Positions 17,221 through 26,920 of a DNA stretch of 54,447 nucleotides are shown piece by piece (positions within the stretch are counted from its first letter, which is position 1; the number at the start of each line of letters is the position of its first letter). The stretch is from Planctomycetota bacterium (lineage in GTDB: Bacteria; Planctomycetota; Planctomycetia; Pirellulales; S012-138), in NCBI GenBank assembly GCA_024279285.1, contig JAJRRR010000004.1, positions 1 to 54,447 of the forward strand, written 5' to 3'. The notes beneath the pieces were generated by a model. That model ran no database searches, had not been told where the DNA came from, and worked only from the letters and a program-made list of their open reading frames with translations. The position numbers were made by a program, and so were the translations under genes.

Positions 17221-18435
17221 ATGCCTCGGTGTGTGTTGGCTTATTCGGGCGGATTGGACACCACGGTCATTCTGCGGTGGCTGATTGAGCAGGGCTATGA
17301 GGTACACGCGGTTTATGTGGACTTGGGCCAGCCGTGCGAAGACCCTCAGCAGTTGCTTCAAAAGGCCCGATCTTTGGGCGCCGCGGGGGCTTATCATGTG
17401 GACGCTCGGGAGGAGTTGTGTCGGGACTTTGCTTTTCCGGTGATGCAGTGGCAGGCCCGATACGAAGGCGTTTACCTGCTGGGCACCTCCATTGCCCGAC
17501 CTTTGATTACCAAAAAATGCCTGGAAGTGGCCCGAGAGGTCCAAGCCGACACCTTTGCCCACGGTGCCACCGGCAAGGGAAACGACCAGTGCCGGTTTCA
17601 ACTGGCCGCCGATGCTTTGGCCCCCGGCATGCGCGTGCTGGCTCCGTGGCGCATGGCCTCGTTTCGCCAGCGGTTTCCCGGACGAAGCGAAATGATCCAA
17701 TACTGCCAACAGCAAGGAATTCCCATCAAAGCCACCGCCGAAAAGCCCTACAGCTCTGACGAGAACTGCCTGCACATCTCTTACGAGGCCGGAAAGCTGG
17801 AGGAGCTGGAAACCGACGGACTTGAGCTGGTGGAGTTTGGCATGACCACTTCCCCTCAACAAGCTCCCGATGAGCCTGAATTGGTCAAAATTGAGTTTCG
17901 CCAAGGGATGCCGGTGGCACTCAACGGTGAACCCAAATCCCCCCTGGAGATGGTCCAAGCTCTCAACCGCATCGGAGGACGCCACGGGGTGGGACGAATT
18001 GACATTGTGGAGAACCGCTTCGTGGGCATGAAAAGCCGCGGCGTTTACGAGGCACCCGGCATGACCATCCTCTACGAAGCCCACCGGCTTGTGGAACAGC
18101 TTACGCTGGATCGGGATGTGATGCACCTTCGGGACCGACTAGCTCCCGAAGTGGCCGAAATGGTCTATTACGGGTTCTGGTTCCATCCCAAAATGGACGC
18201 CCTGATGGCTTTCATTCGCCAGGTGCAACAGGTGGTCACAGGCACGGTGGAGCTGAAGCTCTACAAAGGCAACATCCTGGTCCACCGCCGCTCCAGTCCC
18301 GAGAGTCTCTACAACGCTGCCTTGGCTACCATGGAAGCCGGTGGCGACTACAACCAGGACGATGCCGAAGGGTTTTTGCGCATCCAGGGGCTTCCGGTGC
18401 GGGTTTATAGTCGCGTGCATCCTCGCAACTATTGA
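17221..18435 (+). CDS. argG: Argininosuccinate synthase
   Basis: VLAYSGGLDTTVILRWL (ATP-binding), HGATGKGNDQCRF and SYDENCLHISYE-like motifs. Full length, 404 aa. Confidence 0.95.
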   Translation: MPRCVLAYSGGLDTTVILRWLIEQGYEVHAVYVDLGQPCEDPQQLLQKARSLGAAGAYHVDAREELCRDFAFPVMQWQARYEGVYLLGTSIARPLITKKCLEVAREVQADTFAHGATGKGNDQCRFQLAADALAPGMRVLAPWRMASFRQRFPGRSEMIQYCQQQGIPIKATAEKPYSSDENCLHISYEAGKLEELETDGLELVEFGMTTSPQQAPDEPELVKIEFRQGMPVALNGEPKSPLEMVQALNRIGGRHGVGRIDIVENRFVGMKSRGVYEAPGMTILYEAHRLVEQLTLDRDVMHLRDRLAPEVAEMVYYGFWFHPKMDALMAFIRQVQQVVTGTVELKLYKGNILVHRRSSPESLYNAALATMEAGGDYNQDDAEGFLRIQGLPVRVYSRVHPRNY

Positions 18436-18505
18436 GCCCAACTGCACCCTCTGACACACTAGAAAAAGGCAAAACAGGCGTCTAGGAATCCAGTCGGTCC
18501 GGTTC

Positions 18506-19384
18506 ATGTCCAGTCAGTTGCTTTCGGCCGAATTGATCCGGCGTCTGGAACAGCTTCAACTGCACACACGCAAGCTGTTCTATGGACGCTTCAAAGGGGA
18601 GCGCCTGACCCGACGCAAAGGGCAAAGCGTGGAGTTTGCCGACTATCGGGACTATGTGCCCGGGGACGATCTGCGGTTTATCGACTGGAACACTTTTGCT
18701 CGCCTGGACCGGCTCTACTTGAAGCTGTTTCTGGAAGAGGAGGACATCCATCTGCATCTGCTCCTGGACGCCAGCCGGTCCATGGACTTCGGCCAGCCCA
18801 GCAAGCTGCGTTGGGCATGCCAGTTGGCGGCGGCGTTGGGCTATGTGGGCCTGGTGGGCGGAAATCGGGTTTCGGTGCAGGTGCTTCGGGACCAGAGGTG
18901 CCAGGCAGGGCCGGTGCTCCGAGGCCGCGTGGCCCTGAGGCGGCTCCTTCAATTCCTGGAAAAAATCCACCCAGAAGGACAAACCCACCTGGCTCCTGCT
19001 GTGAAACAATTCGTGCTGCAAAGCAGCACCCGCGGAATTGTCGTACTCATCTCCGATCTGTTGGACAAAAACGGCTACGAACAACCCCTGCGCACCTTGT
19101 TGGCCCAGGAAACCGATCTCTACATAGTCCATGTGCTCAGCCAGGAAGAGCTGGACCCGGAGCTAAGCGGCGATCTGCGACTGCTGGATTGCGAAGATGA
19201 AGACATCACCGAGTTGACGGTCAGTGAGCCGTTGCTTCAGCGCTATCGGCAAACGGTGGCGAACTTTCGTGGGGGGCTTCGGGCCTTTTGCAATCGCCGT
19301 GGGATCGCCTATCTGGCCGTGGACAACACCACACCGGTGGAGCAAGTGGTGCTTCGTCAACTCCGAGGAACGCTGGTGCGATGA
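18506..19384 (+). CDS. DUF58 domain protein (MoxR-system associated, VWA-like fold)
   Basis: GERLTRRKGQSVEFADYRDYVPGDDLRFIDWNTFARLDRLYLKLF...LLLDASRSMDFG is the hallmark DUF58 sequence. Confidence 0.85.
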   Translation: MSSQLLSAELIRRLEQLQLHTRKLFYGRFKGERLTRRKGQSVEFADYRDYVPGDDLRFIDWNTFARLDRLYLKLFLEEEDIHLHLLLDASRSMDFGQPSKLRWACQLAAALGYVGLVGGNRVSVQVLRDQRCQAGPVLRGRVALRRLLQFLEKIHPEGQTHLAPAVKQFVLQSSTRGIVVLISDLLDKNGYEQPLRTLLAQETDLYIVHVLSQEELDPELSGDLRLLDCEDEDITELTVSEPLLQRYRQTVANFRGGLRAFCNRRGIAYLAVDNTTPVEQVVLRQLRGTLVR

Positions 19385-21378
19385 TCGACACCCCGTTGAA
19401 CGGATGGCAATGGGCGGTGGCTTTGGCCGTGCCGGTGGCCATCTTGCTTTTGTACTTTCTCAAACTCCGGCGCCGCACGGTGGAAGTGCCCAGCACCTAT
19501 CTGTGGGTGCGCACCTTGGAAGAAATGCATGTCAATGCCTTGTGGCAGCGGCTGCGGCAGAACTTGCTGCTGTTTTTGCAACTGCTGACAGCCGCCTTGG
19601 TGTTGCTGGCCCTGTTGGGCATTTCGTGGAGTGGGGCTCGGGTGGTGGGCAAGCGGTTCGTGATCCTGGTGGATGTGTCGGCCAGCATGTCGGCCACGGA
19701 TGAAGGGACCAGCCGTCTGGATCGGGCCAAACGGGAAGCTCTGGCCACGGTGGAGCAGATGGACTCGGATGCGGTGGCCATGGTGATCGCTTTTTCGGAC
19801 CGTGCCCAGGTGGTGCAGTCGTTTACAGACAATCGGGCGGCGTTGCGGGAAGCTATCATTGGGCTTCGTCCCAGTGCACGGAGAACTGATCTTCGGGAAG
19901 CGTTGTTGGCGGCCTCGGGGCTGGCCAACCCGGGCCGCACCGCCTCCGATCCCACCGATGTGCCCGTCCCGGACCCCATGCCGGCCACTTTAGTGCTGCT
20001 CAGCGATGGAGGGTTCCCCGTGCCGGATGTGGCCCTGGGGAACCTTACTCCGCGCTATTTTCCTATCGGCTCCCCGGAGGCTCAAAATCTGGCCATCACG
20101 GCTTTCCAAGTGGCCCAAAGCCCAGATCAAGCCGGCTCCTGGCAGGCTTTTGCTCAGGTGGAAAACTTCGGTTCTCAAACCACCACCACTTTGGCCCAAC
20201 TGTTCTACAACGACCAGCTTCTGGATGCTCAGCAAATCACCCTGGAAGCAGGAGAGGCCAGGGCTTTGGTGTTTGACTTGGGCCCGATGGACCCTGGCGT
20301 GCTGAAGTTGCAGCTCCAGGTGCAGGATGCATTGGGTTTGGACAACGAGGCCTGGGCCTTGATTGCCCAAGGGCGTCCTGCCCGAGTGTTGCTTCTCACC
20401 CCGGGGAACCCTCCTTTGCAGGCGGCATTGCAAACTTCCCAAGCCCAACGACTGTGCCGCCTGACGGTTAAAAAACCCCAGTTTTTGCAGTCTTCCCAGT
20501 ATCGCCAAGCGGCTCTAGGGGGCCAGTACGACTTGGTGATTTTTGATCGGTGTTTGCCTCCGGTGGATGGGAAGACCGGGCATGTGATGGTGCCGCAGTG
20601 CAACTGTTGGTTCATTGCTCAAGTGCCTCAGCACCCGCCGTGGCGACAGCCGGGAAAAGCCTCCAAGCCCCAATGGAAAGAGTTGCCCCAGATCATCGAT
20701 GTGGACGATGCCCACCCGTTGATGCAGTTTGTGGATCCTTCGGGAGTGGACATTGTGCAGGGATTTCCGGTTCCTGTGCCCCCGGGAGGTCAGGTGCTCC
20801 TGGAAGCAGACGCTGGCCCCTTGCTAGTGGTGGCGCCCCGAGATGGCTTTCTGGATGTGGTTCAAGGGTTCGCTTTGGTCCAAGCTGACCAGCAAGGGCA
20901 AACGATGGTTCAGACCAATTGGCCGATTCGGGCCAGTTTTCCGGTGTTTATTCTGAATGTGCTTCAGGTGCTTGGAGAGGCCCAGTTGGGTCAGCAAGCG
21001 CCCAATTTCCGACCAGGCGAGGTGGCCCGATTGCGATTTGCTTCCCAAGGAGCAGAAGCGGAGGTGATCACCCCCTCGGGCCATCGCCTTCCGGTTCAGC
21101 AGCAAGGTGGCTCCTTGGTCTTTTTCCAGACTGAAGAGTTGGGCGTGTATGAGGTGCGGCAAGGGGAGAAGTTGTTGGGCCGGTTCACGGTCAATTTGTT
21201 TGACTCTCAGGAAAGTAACATCCGCCCACGCCCGGAGGTGCAAATCAAGCATCAGACGGTGGCCGGGTCCAAAGTGCGGCAACGAGTACGACGCCCCTTG
21301 TGGCGCTGGGCGGTGGCTTTGGCTCTAGTGGTTCTGGTTGTCGAATGGATCCTCTATAATCGCCGTGTGTATTTTTAG
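19381..21378 (+). CDS. BatA-like membrane protein: N-terminal double-TM aerotolerance domain + von Willebrand A domain + long C-terminal region with a terminal TM
   Basis: ATGA overlap with the DUF58 stop. LLLYFLKLRRRTVEVPSTYLW (BatA_N-type), VILVDVSASMSATD (VWA MIDAS DxSxS), C-terminal WRWAVALALVVLVVEWILY. Confidence 0.8.
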   Translation: MIDTPLNGWQWAVALAVPVAILLLYFLKLRRRTVEVPSTYLWVRTLEEMHVNALWQRLRQNLLLFLQLLTAALVLLALLGISWSGARVVGKRFVILVDVSASMSATDEGTSRLDRAKREALATVEQMDSDAVAMVIAFSDRAQVVQSFTDNRAALREAIIGLRPSARRTDLREALLAASGLANPGRTASDPTDVPVPDPMPATLVLLSDGGFPVPDVALGNLTPRYFPIGSPEAQNLAITAFQVAQSPDQAGSWQAFAQVENFGSQTTTTLAQLFYNDQLLDAQQITLEAGEARALVFDLGPMDPGVLKLQLQVQDALGLDNEAWALIAQGRPARVLLLTPGNPPLQAALQTSQAQRLCRLTVKKPQFLQSSQYRQAALGGQYDLVIFDRCLPPVDGKTGHVMVPQCNCWFIAQVPQHPPWRQPGKASKPQWKELPQIIDVDDAHPLMQFVDPSGVDIVQGFPVPVPPGGQVLLEADAGPLLVVAPRDGFLDVVQGFALVQADQQGQTMVQTNWPIRASFPVFILNVLQVLGEAQLGQQAPNFRPGEVARLRFASQGAEAEVITPSGHRLPVQQQGGSLVFFQTEELGVYEVRQGEKLLGRFTVNLFDSQESNIRPRPEVQIKHQTVAGSKVRQRVRRPLWRWAVALALVVLVVEWILYNRRVYF

Positions 21379-21457
21379 TGCCGATAGGTTATCATGGAGC
21401 CTGTGGCCAGAAGTTGGGCTGACCGTGCAATTCCCTTTCTCATAAACCAGGCCAGCT

Positions 21458-22216
21458 ATGAGTCCCAAAGGTGTTCGTTTACCGCTGCTTCGTCCGCGTT
21501 TGAGACAGCGGGCGGGGGGAACTCGTCCCCGAAAAAAAACCCTCAATCGCCTTCTGGAAGACCGGACCATTGAACAGCTCAGCTACGACCAGTACCGCCA
21601 GAGGGTGCGCCATGTGTACGACGGGCCTCAGGGAGCTATTTTGGCTCTGTGTAGTTTCTTGTCGTTACACACCCCTTTGGGCGAGCGGCTGCTTCGCACG
21701 CGGCGGTTTGATCTTCGGGGGTGCAAGCGGATATTGGATGTAGGGTGTGGGGCGGGGCAGATATTGGGCCACCTGCTCAAGTATGCAGACCCCGATGCCC
21801 AAATCTTCTGCTTTGACATCTCCCCGGCCATGGTACGCCGTGCCCGACGACGCATCCGAAACCCTCGGCCCCAGTTCCTGGTGGCCGATCTGACCCGGCT
21901 CCCCTTCGCCACAGAAACCTTTGACTGCATCACTTGCGGCTATGTGTTGGAACACCTACCAGATGCCCGATTGGGATTGCAGGAGTTGGCTCGGGTGATG
22001 ACCCCTGGGGCCAAAATGCTCCTGCTGACTACCGAAGACAACTTCGGCGGTGCCTGGACCAGTCGCGTGTGGCACTGCCGCACTTACAACCGCCAAGAGC
22101 TTCAGCAAATGTGCCACGAACTTGGGCTGGAGTGGGTCCAAGAGCTGTGGTACACCCGAATCCACAAGCTGCTCCGAGCAGGTGGAATCTGTGTGGAGTT
22201 GCGCAAAAAGGACTGA
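21458..22216 (+). CDS. Class I SAM-dependent methyltransferase
   Basis: Motif I ILDVGCGAGQ, then CFDISPAMV and FDCITCGYVLEHL (Methyltransf_11-like). Confidence 0.8.
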   Translation: MSPKGVRLPLLRPRLRQRAGGTRPRKKTLNRLLEDRTIEQLSYDQYRQRVRHVYDGPQGAILALCSFLSLHTPLGERLLRTRRFDLRGCKRILDVGCGAGQILGHLLKYADPDAQIFCFDISPAMVRRARRRIRNPRPQFLVADLTRLPFATETFDCITCGYVLEHLPDARLGLQELARVMTPGAKMLLLTTEDNFGGAWTSRVWHCRTYNRQELQQMCHELGLEWVQELWYTRIHKLLRAGGICVELRKKD

Positions 22217-22237
22217 GTTTCCTGTTCCCTTTCATCT

Positions 22238-22852
22238 ATGAACGAAACCCAACCAGCAGACACTCTCCCTCGTTCTCAGGCTTCGCCTTGGCCGTTTCTG
22301 ATTGTGGCGGCGTTGTTGGCCGCTGCCGTGGGGGTGTTGGTCGGGCTGCAAGGACGCGAAGTTTCTCAAACTCGCCACAGCCCCCCACTCCAAGGAGTGC
22401 ATCTCCAACCCTTGCTGGGAACTGACAAGGTGCTTGGAGATCAAGACTTGCGTGGGAAAGTGGTGCTGATGAACTTTTGGGGAACCTGGTGCCAACCCTG
22501 TCTGGAAGAGTTCCCGCATCTGCATGCCTTGTATCGCCAGCTTCAAGATCGTCGGGAGTTTCAGCTTGTGTTCGTGGTGTGCTTGCCTCCCGGAGAACCG
22601 TATGACGAGGAGTTTCTTCGGGAACAGACGCAAGCGTTCCTGGACCAGTACAATGCCCAAGTGCCTGTGTTTACCGACCCGGACCAAAAGACCCGACAAG
22701 CTCTGGCCCGATACGGCGCCTGGCAAGGTGCTTATCCGACCACGGTCTTGTTGGACCGGCAAGGACGGCTGAGGCATCTTTGGGTAGGCTATCGCCCGGG
22801 CACCGAAGTGGAAATGCTCAACCGGGTGCTGGAACTTCTCAACGCCCCTTGA
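22238..22852 (+). CDS. TlpA-family thiol:disulfide oxidoreductase (membrane-anchored thioredoxin fold)
   Basis: TM anchor WPFLIVAALLAAAVGVLVGL. Active site VVLMNFWGTWCQPCLEEFP (WCxxC). Confidence 0.85.
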   Translation: MNETQPADTLPRSQASPWPFLIVAALLAAAVGVLVGLQGREVSQTRHSPPLQGVHLQPLLGTDKVLGDQDLRGKVVLMNFWGTWCQPCLEEFPHLHALYRQLQDRREFQLVFVVCLPPGEPYDEEFLREQTQAFLDQYNAQVPVFTDPDQKTRQALARYGAWQGAYPTTVLLDRQGRLRHLWVGYRPGTEVEMLNRVLELLNAP

Positions 22853-22873
22853 AACCTTCCTCCCACCTGCGCC

Positions 22874-23116
22874 ATGTTGGAAGCCACCCTGTTCACCCGA
22901 CGCGGATGCCACTTGTGCCAGGAAGCCAAGGAACTGCTCCTGAGCCGAGGGCTCCAGGTGCACGAGGTGGACATTGACCAGCATCCCCAGTGGCTCCAAA
23001 AGTACGACACTTGTGTGCCGGTGGTGCATATCGCCGGGAAGGAGCGATTTCGGGGGCGAGTTTCACCGGTTCTGCTGGATCGGTTGCTTCGGGCCTTGAA
23101 GACTCAACGGGATTGA
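22874..23116 (+). CDS. Glutaredoxin-like small protein (DUF836-type)
   Basis: 80 aa. LFTRRGCHLCQEAKELL (CxxC) ...VDIDQHP...YDTCVPVVHI. Confidence 0.75.
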   Translation: MLEATLFTRRGCHLCQEAKELLLSRGLQVHEVDIDQHPQWLQKYDTCVPVVHIAGKERFRGRVSPVLLDRLLRALKTQRD

Positions 23117-23127
23117 ACCTTTTGCCA

Positions 23128-23820
23128 ATGGCCTGTGCTGCCCGTGGCCAAAGAGGAAATGCCCTGGGCCTGATGGCCAAGCATTGGACGCCAGGGGAAG
23201 TGAAGACCCGGCTGGCCACGGTCCTGGGGGCTGAAAAAGCGGCAGAGATTCAGCGCTGGTTCGTGCTGACTTTGTTGGAGCGACTTGCTCCCGGACCGGA
23301 TTGGGATGGCTTTCTGGTGCTGTGGCCCCCGGAGGCCCGACCCCTGGTAGAACCCCTCCCTCAAGCCCAATCCTGGCAGGTGGTAGAGCAGCAACCGGGC
23401 CACTTGGGCCAGAAGATGCTTGGGTTTGTGCGTTGGGCGTTTCGGGAAGGCTACGATCGGGTGGTGCTGCTGGGTTCCGATGCTCCCGATGTTCCCCGGG
23501 CTTGGGTCTGTCAGGGGCTGGACTGGCTGGATCAAGTGCCGGTAGTGCTGGGCCCGGCTCAGGACGGAGGGTATTGGTTCCTGGGACTTAGGCAAGAGGT
23601 GCCCCAGTTGTTTGAATCCATGCCCTGGAGCACCAACCGGCTTTGGGCCCAAACCGTCCAGTGCCTGGAACGGCTCGCCCTACCTTATGCCCGGCTTCCC
23701 TCCTGGAGCGATGTGGATCAGGTGGAAGACCTTCACCGACTCCTCCAACGATTGCAGCACGTGCATGAGCCTTCCTTGCTCCGCCTCAGAGAGCAACTGC
23801 GCCAGATGCTAGCCGGGTAG
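23128..23820 (+). CDS. DUF2064 / TIGR04282-family nucleotidyltransferase-fold protein
   Basis: ALGLMAKHWTPGEVKTRLA...GHLGQKM...VVLLGSDAPDV...VLGPAQDGGYWFLG...MPWSTNRL is the characteristic DUF2064 motif order. Start taken at the internal ATG 23128, after the preceding gene. Confidence 0.7.
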   Translation: MACAARGQRGNALGLMAKHWTPGEVKTRLATVLGAEKAAEIQRWFVLTLLERLAPGPDWDGFLVLWPPEARPLVEPLPQAQSWQVVEQQPGHLGQKMLGFVRWAFREGYDRVVLLGSDAPDVPRAWVCQGLDWLDQVPVVLGPAQDGGYWFLGLRQEVPQLFESMPWSTNRLWAQTVQCLERLALPYARLPSWSDVDQVEDLHRLLQRLQHVHEPSLLRLREQLRQMLAG

Positions 23821-24052
23821 TGGGGAGGGCAATAGCAAGTGGTAAATGGCACCCCCTCAGGCTTTAGTTGGGAAAGGCAGCCAAGCCGCCTATGGTGCTT
23901 CTGGACCGGTTGTGATTTCAAATTCGGAGCGGGAGCTCCCCTCGCAACTTGCAGGCCGCAAGCCACACACCGGCAGCAAGTGGCCCAAAGGGTGCTTTTG
24001 CCACTTCCGGACAAGTCGTAGAATGAGCCAAGAAGCCCAGGAGAAAACCACC

Positions 24053-24283
24053 ATGAACGACTTCCCCTCTGCTGAGTCGCAGATTGCCATTTATTGCAAC
24101 GGCCAGATGCGTCAGGTTCCGCCGGGAACCACCGTTCGGGAACTTCTGGACCAGTTGGATGTGGACCCACGCCGCGTGGCTGTGGAGATCAACTGTCAGC
24201 TTGTACCACGCACCCAGCACGATCAACATCAACTCCAGCCCGGCGATCGGGTGGAAATTGTCACTCTGGTAGGTGGGGGCTAG
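24053..24283 (+). CDS. thiS: Sulfur carrier protein ThiS
   Basis: 76 aa ending ...[13 protein letters not shown] (C-terminal GG). AGGAG lies ~9 nt upstream of ATG 24053. Immediately precedes thiG. Confidence 0.8.
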   Translation: MNDFPSAESQIAIYCNGQMRQVPPGTTVRELLDQLDVDPRRVAVEINCQLVPRTQHDQHQLQPGDRVEIVTLVGGG

Positions 24284-24287
24284 CGGA

Positions 24288-25118
24288 ATGGCTGTGGACC
24301 TTGGCACCCAAGACCTGCTGCAGTTGGGTAACCATGTGCTTCAAAGCCGGCTGATTGTCGGCACGGGAAAGTATCAGTCTTTTGAGCTGATGCAGCAGGC
24401 CCTGGAAGCCTCCGGCACTCAGTGCGTCACGGTGGCCGTACGCCGCGAACGACTTTACGACCAACAGGGACGCAATCTGCTGGACTACCTGGACCTGGAC
24501 CGCTACATCATCCTGCCCAACACCGCCGGTTGCTACACAGCCGACGAGGCGGTCCGTGTGGCCCGATTAGGACGCGAAATCCTTCAAGGGCTTGGCAACC
24601 CGGGAGCCGATTGGGTCAAGTTGGAAGTGCTCGGAGATCGCAAAACCCTGCTTCCTGACCCGGTAGCCACACTGGAAGCCACCCGACGCCTGGTGGACGA
24701 AGGCTTTCAGGTGCTTTGCTACACCACCGACGATCCCGTGGTGGCCCTGCGACTCAAACAAGCAGGGGCCCTGAGCGTGATGCCGGCCGGAAGCCCCATC
24801 GGATCAGGCCAGGGGATCCTCAACCCCAACAACATCCGCATCTGTCTGGAGTATCTCAAAGACGGCGATCCAGACTATCCGGTGATCGTGGACGCCGGGG
24901 TGGGCACAGCCAGCGATGTAACGATTGCGTTTGAGTTGGGCGTGGATGGTGTGTTGCTCAACACAGGCATAGCCGGAGCTCGGGACCCAGTGCGTATGGC
25001 CCAAGCCATGCGCGCTGCTGCCGAAGCCGGACGCTTGGCCTACCTGGCCGGAAGGATTCCCAAACGGCTCTACGCCTCCGCTTCCAGCCCCGAGGAAGGC
25101 AAAATCACCGGCACTTAA
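24288..25118 (+). CDS. thiG: Thiazole synthase
   Basis: LIVGTGKY...ILPNTAGC...WVKLEVLGD...[14 protein letters not shown]...[12 protein letters not shown] are the canonical ThiG motifs. Confidence 0.93.
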   Translation: MAVDLGTQDLLQLGNHVLQSRLIVGTGKYQSFELMQQALEASGTQCVTVAVRRERLYDQQGRNLLDYLDLDRYIILPNTAGCYTADEAVRVARLGREILQGLGNPGADWVKLEVLGDRKTLLPDPVATLEATRRLVDEGFQVLCYTTDDPVVALRLKQAGALSVMPAGSPIGSGQGILNPNNIRICLEYLKDGDPDYPVIVDAGVGTASDVTIAFELGVDGVLLNTGIAGARDPVRMAQAMRAAAEAGRLAYLAGRIPKRLYASASSPEEGKITGT

Positions 25119-25285
25119 GCGGCGTGCGGCTTGCGCCATGCGGCGCATGAAATAAGTGCCGATTCCTGGCTCGGCGCTGGAGTGCAAGTGGAGGCGAGCT
25201 TTTTCAGCTCTGCTCCTGCGCCCAAAGCCGCAGGCTCGCCACGACCCAAGACCTTCATGTCCCCTCCTGGGCTGCTGCCAGGCGT

Positions 25286-26920
25286 CTAGGGGTTTTTGCG
25301 GCCCGATGGAAAGAGTTTTGATCCCAGGGCGGCCAGAGTGGCTCCCGCCAGCAAGATGGTCATGGTGCCCACCACGGTGGTCATTTGCGAGTGCAGGGGG
25401 CAGCGGAGCCAAGGGGGCATCCAGGGAGCCTGGGAAAAGCTCATCCAGGCGATCACGCTCACCCCCAGTGCCACGCTCACCGCAGCCACAGCTCCTGTGG
25501 CTCGACGGCACATCAGCCCTAGCAAAAACAGCCCTAGCATCGCTCCGGCAAACACTCCCGAGAGGTCCCACCAAATCTTCAAAATGTTCCGTTCATCGTA
25601 GCTCAGCACCACGGCCACCCCGGTGCCCACCGTGCCCCAGAACACCGTGGCTACACGGAGCACATGCATTTGGCTCCTTTCGGACCCGGCTGCGGCGATT
25701 TTGTGAAAGATGTCTTTGAGCGTGATCGTGGCAGAGCTGTTGAGACTACTGTCAATGGTGCTCATGGCGGCAGCAAACAACGCGGCCACGAGCAGTCCTC
25801 CCAGTCCAGGGGGCAAATGGTTGGCCATAAAGTGGGGCAGGGCGAAGTCTCCAACAGCTTGGGGTTTTCCGGCCTCTTGGGCCATGGCGGCCACGGCAGC
25901 CAGTTGATCAGGATGGGCCCGATAAAACCCAAACAACAGTGTTCCTATTAGAAAAAACAATGCCGAAACCGGAATATAAGTCAAAGCTCCCAACCACAAC
26001 GAGCGTCGGGCAGCCGCCAAAGAACGAGCCGTGTGATAACGCTGAATGTAGTTCTGATCTATCCCGAAGTTGGTCAAGTTGATGAACACCCCATAGGCAA
26101 AAATGACCCAAAAAGTGGAAGTGGTGAAATCCAGCTCAAAGCTGCCCAGGGAAAACTTGTCATGGGCCAGGGCGGTTTCCCACAGTTGGCCGGCTCCTGG
26201 GGCCCCCAAGAGCAGCACGCCAACCACGATCACGGCTCCCGCGCTGAGAACCAGACTTTGAATCACATCGGTCCAGATCACCGCTTCCATGCCACCCAGG
26301 AGCGTATAGAGCGTGACCAATACGCCCGTGGCCACGATGATTCCCTGGATATTCCAGCCTGTTACGGCGTGCATGCCGAGGGAAACTCCCAGCAGGATGG
26401 TTCCGGTTCGGGCCACTTGGGTCAGCAGATAGCAGAGGACGGTATAGACTCGGGCCCAACGACCAAAACGCCGCTGGAGGTGCTCATAGGCCGAGATTTC
26501 CCCCGTGTTGCGGTAAAACGGCACAAACCACTGCGAGGCGATCCACGCTCCCAGGGGCAAAGTGAGGCTAAAGACGAAGAAGTTCCAGTTGTCGTCAAAA
26601 GCCTTGCCCGGGTTGCCAATAAAAGTGTTGCTGGACAGATAGGTGCCAAAAAGCGACAGGCCCACCACCCAACCGGCCAAGCGCCCTCCGGCGATCATAA
26701 ACTGAGTGGTGGTTCCACTGCGTCGGGCAAACCAGCAACCCAGACCCACCACTGCTGCCAAGTAGGCAAACAATACTGCCGTGTCAATTGCGGAACCCAA
26801 GTCAGCCTCTCTTTTCGCACAAGGGGAGAACTGATCCGACCAAGCCGATTGTGCGTTCTGCTTTCCCAAATTTCGGGTTTCCCGGTCAAGGCCCGAACTC
26901 GGACGGGAGCTTGGGGCCAT
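25286..26920 (-). CDS. Sodium:solute symporter (SSS) family transporter
   Basis: About 13 hydrophobic segments. N-terminal region AYLAAVVGLGCWFARRSGTTTQFMIAGGRLAGWVVGLSLFGTYLSSNTFIGNPG is typical of the SSF family. The first ~45 codons are non-hydrophobic, so the true start could be internal. Confidence 0.85.
   Translation of the reverse strand: MAPSSRPSSGLDRETRNLGKQNAQSAWSDQFSPCAKREADLGSAIDTAVLFAYLAAVVGLGCWFARRSGTTTQFMIAGGRLAGWVVGLSLFGTYLSSNTFIGNPGKAFDDNWNFFVFSLTLPLGAWIASQWFVPFYRNTGEISAYEHLQRRFGRWARVYTVLCYLLTQVARTGTILLGVSLGMHAVTGWNIQGIIVATGVLVTLYTLLGGMEAVIWTDVIQSLVLSAGAVIVVGVLLLGAPGAGQLWETALAHDKFSLGSFELDFTTSTFWVIFAYGVFINLTNFGIDQNYIQRYHTARSLAAARRSLWLGALTYIPVSALFFLIGTLLFGFYRAHPDQLAAVAAMAQEAGKPQAVGDFALPHFMANHLPPGLGGLLVAALFAAAMSTIDSSLNSSATITLKDIFHKIAAAGSERSQMHVLRVATVFWGTVGTGVAVVLSYDERNILKIWWDLSGVFAGAMLGLFLLGLMCRRATGAVAAVSVALGVSVIAWMSFSQAPWMPPWLRCPLHSQMTTVVGTMTILLAGATLAALGSKLFPSGRKNP

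Noticed and set aside
16015-18126. 703-aa ORF on the minus strand spanning rtcA and argG
   Set aside because: It is antisense to two genes with unmistakable family motifs. Its translation is low-complexity (Gly/Leu/Arg/His/Pro-rich) with no recognisable domain. This is a typical GC-rich shadow ORF.
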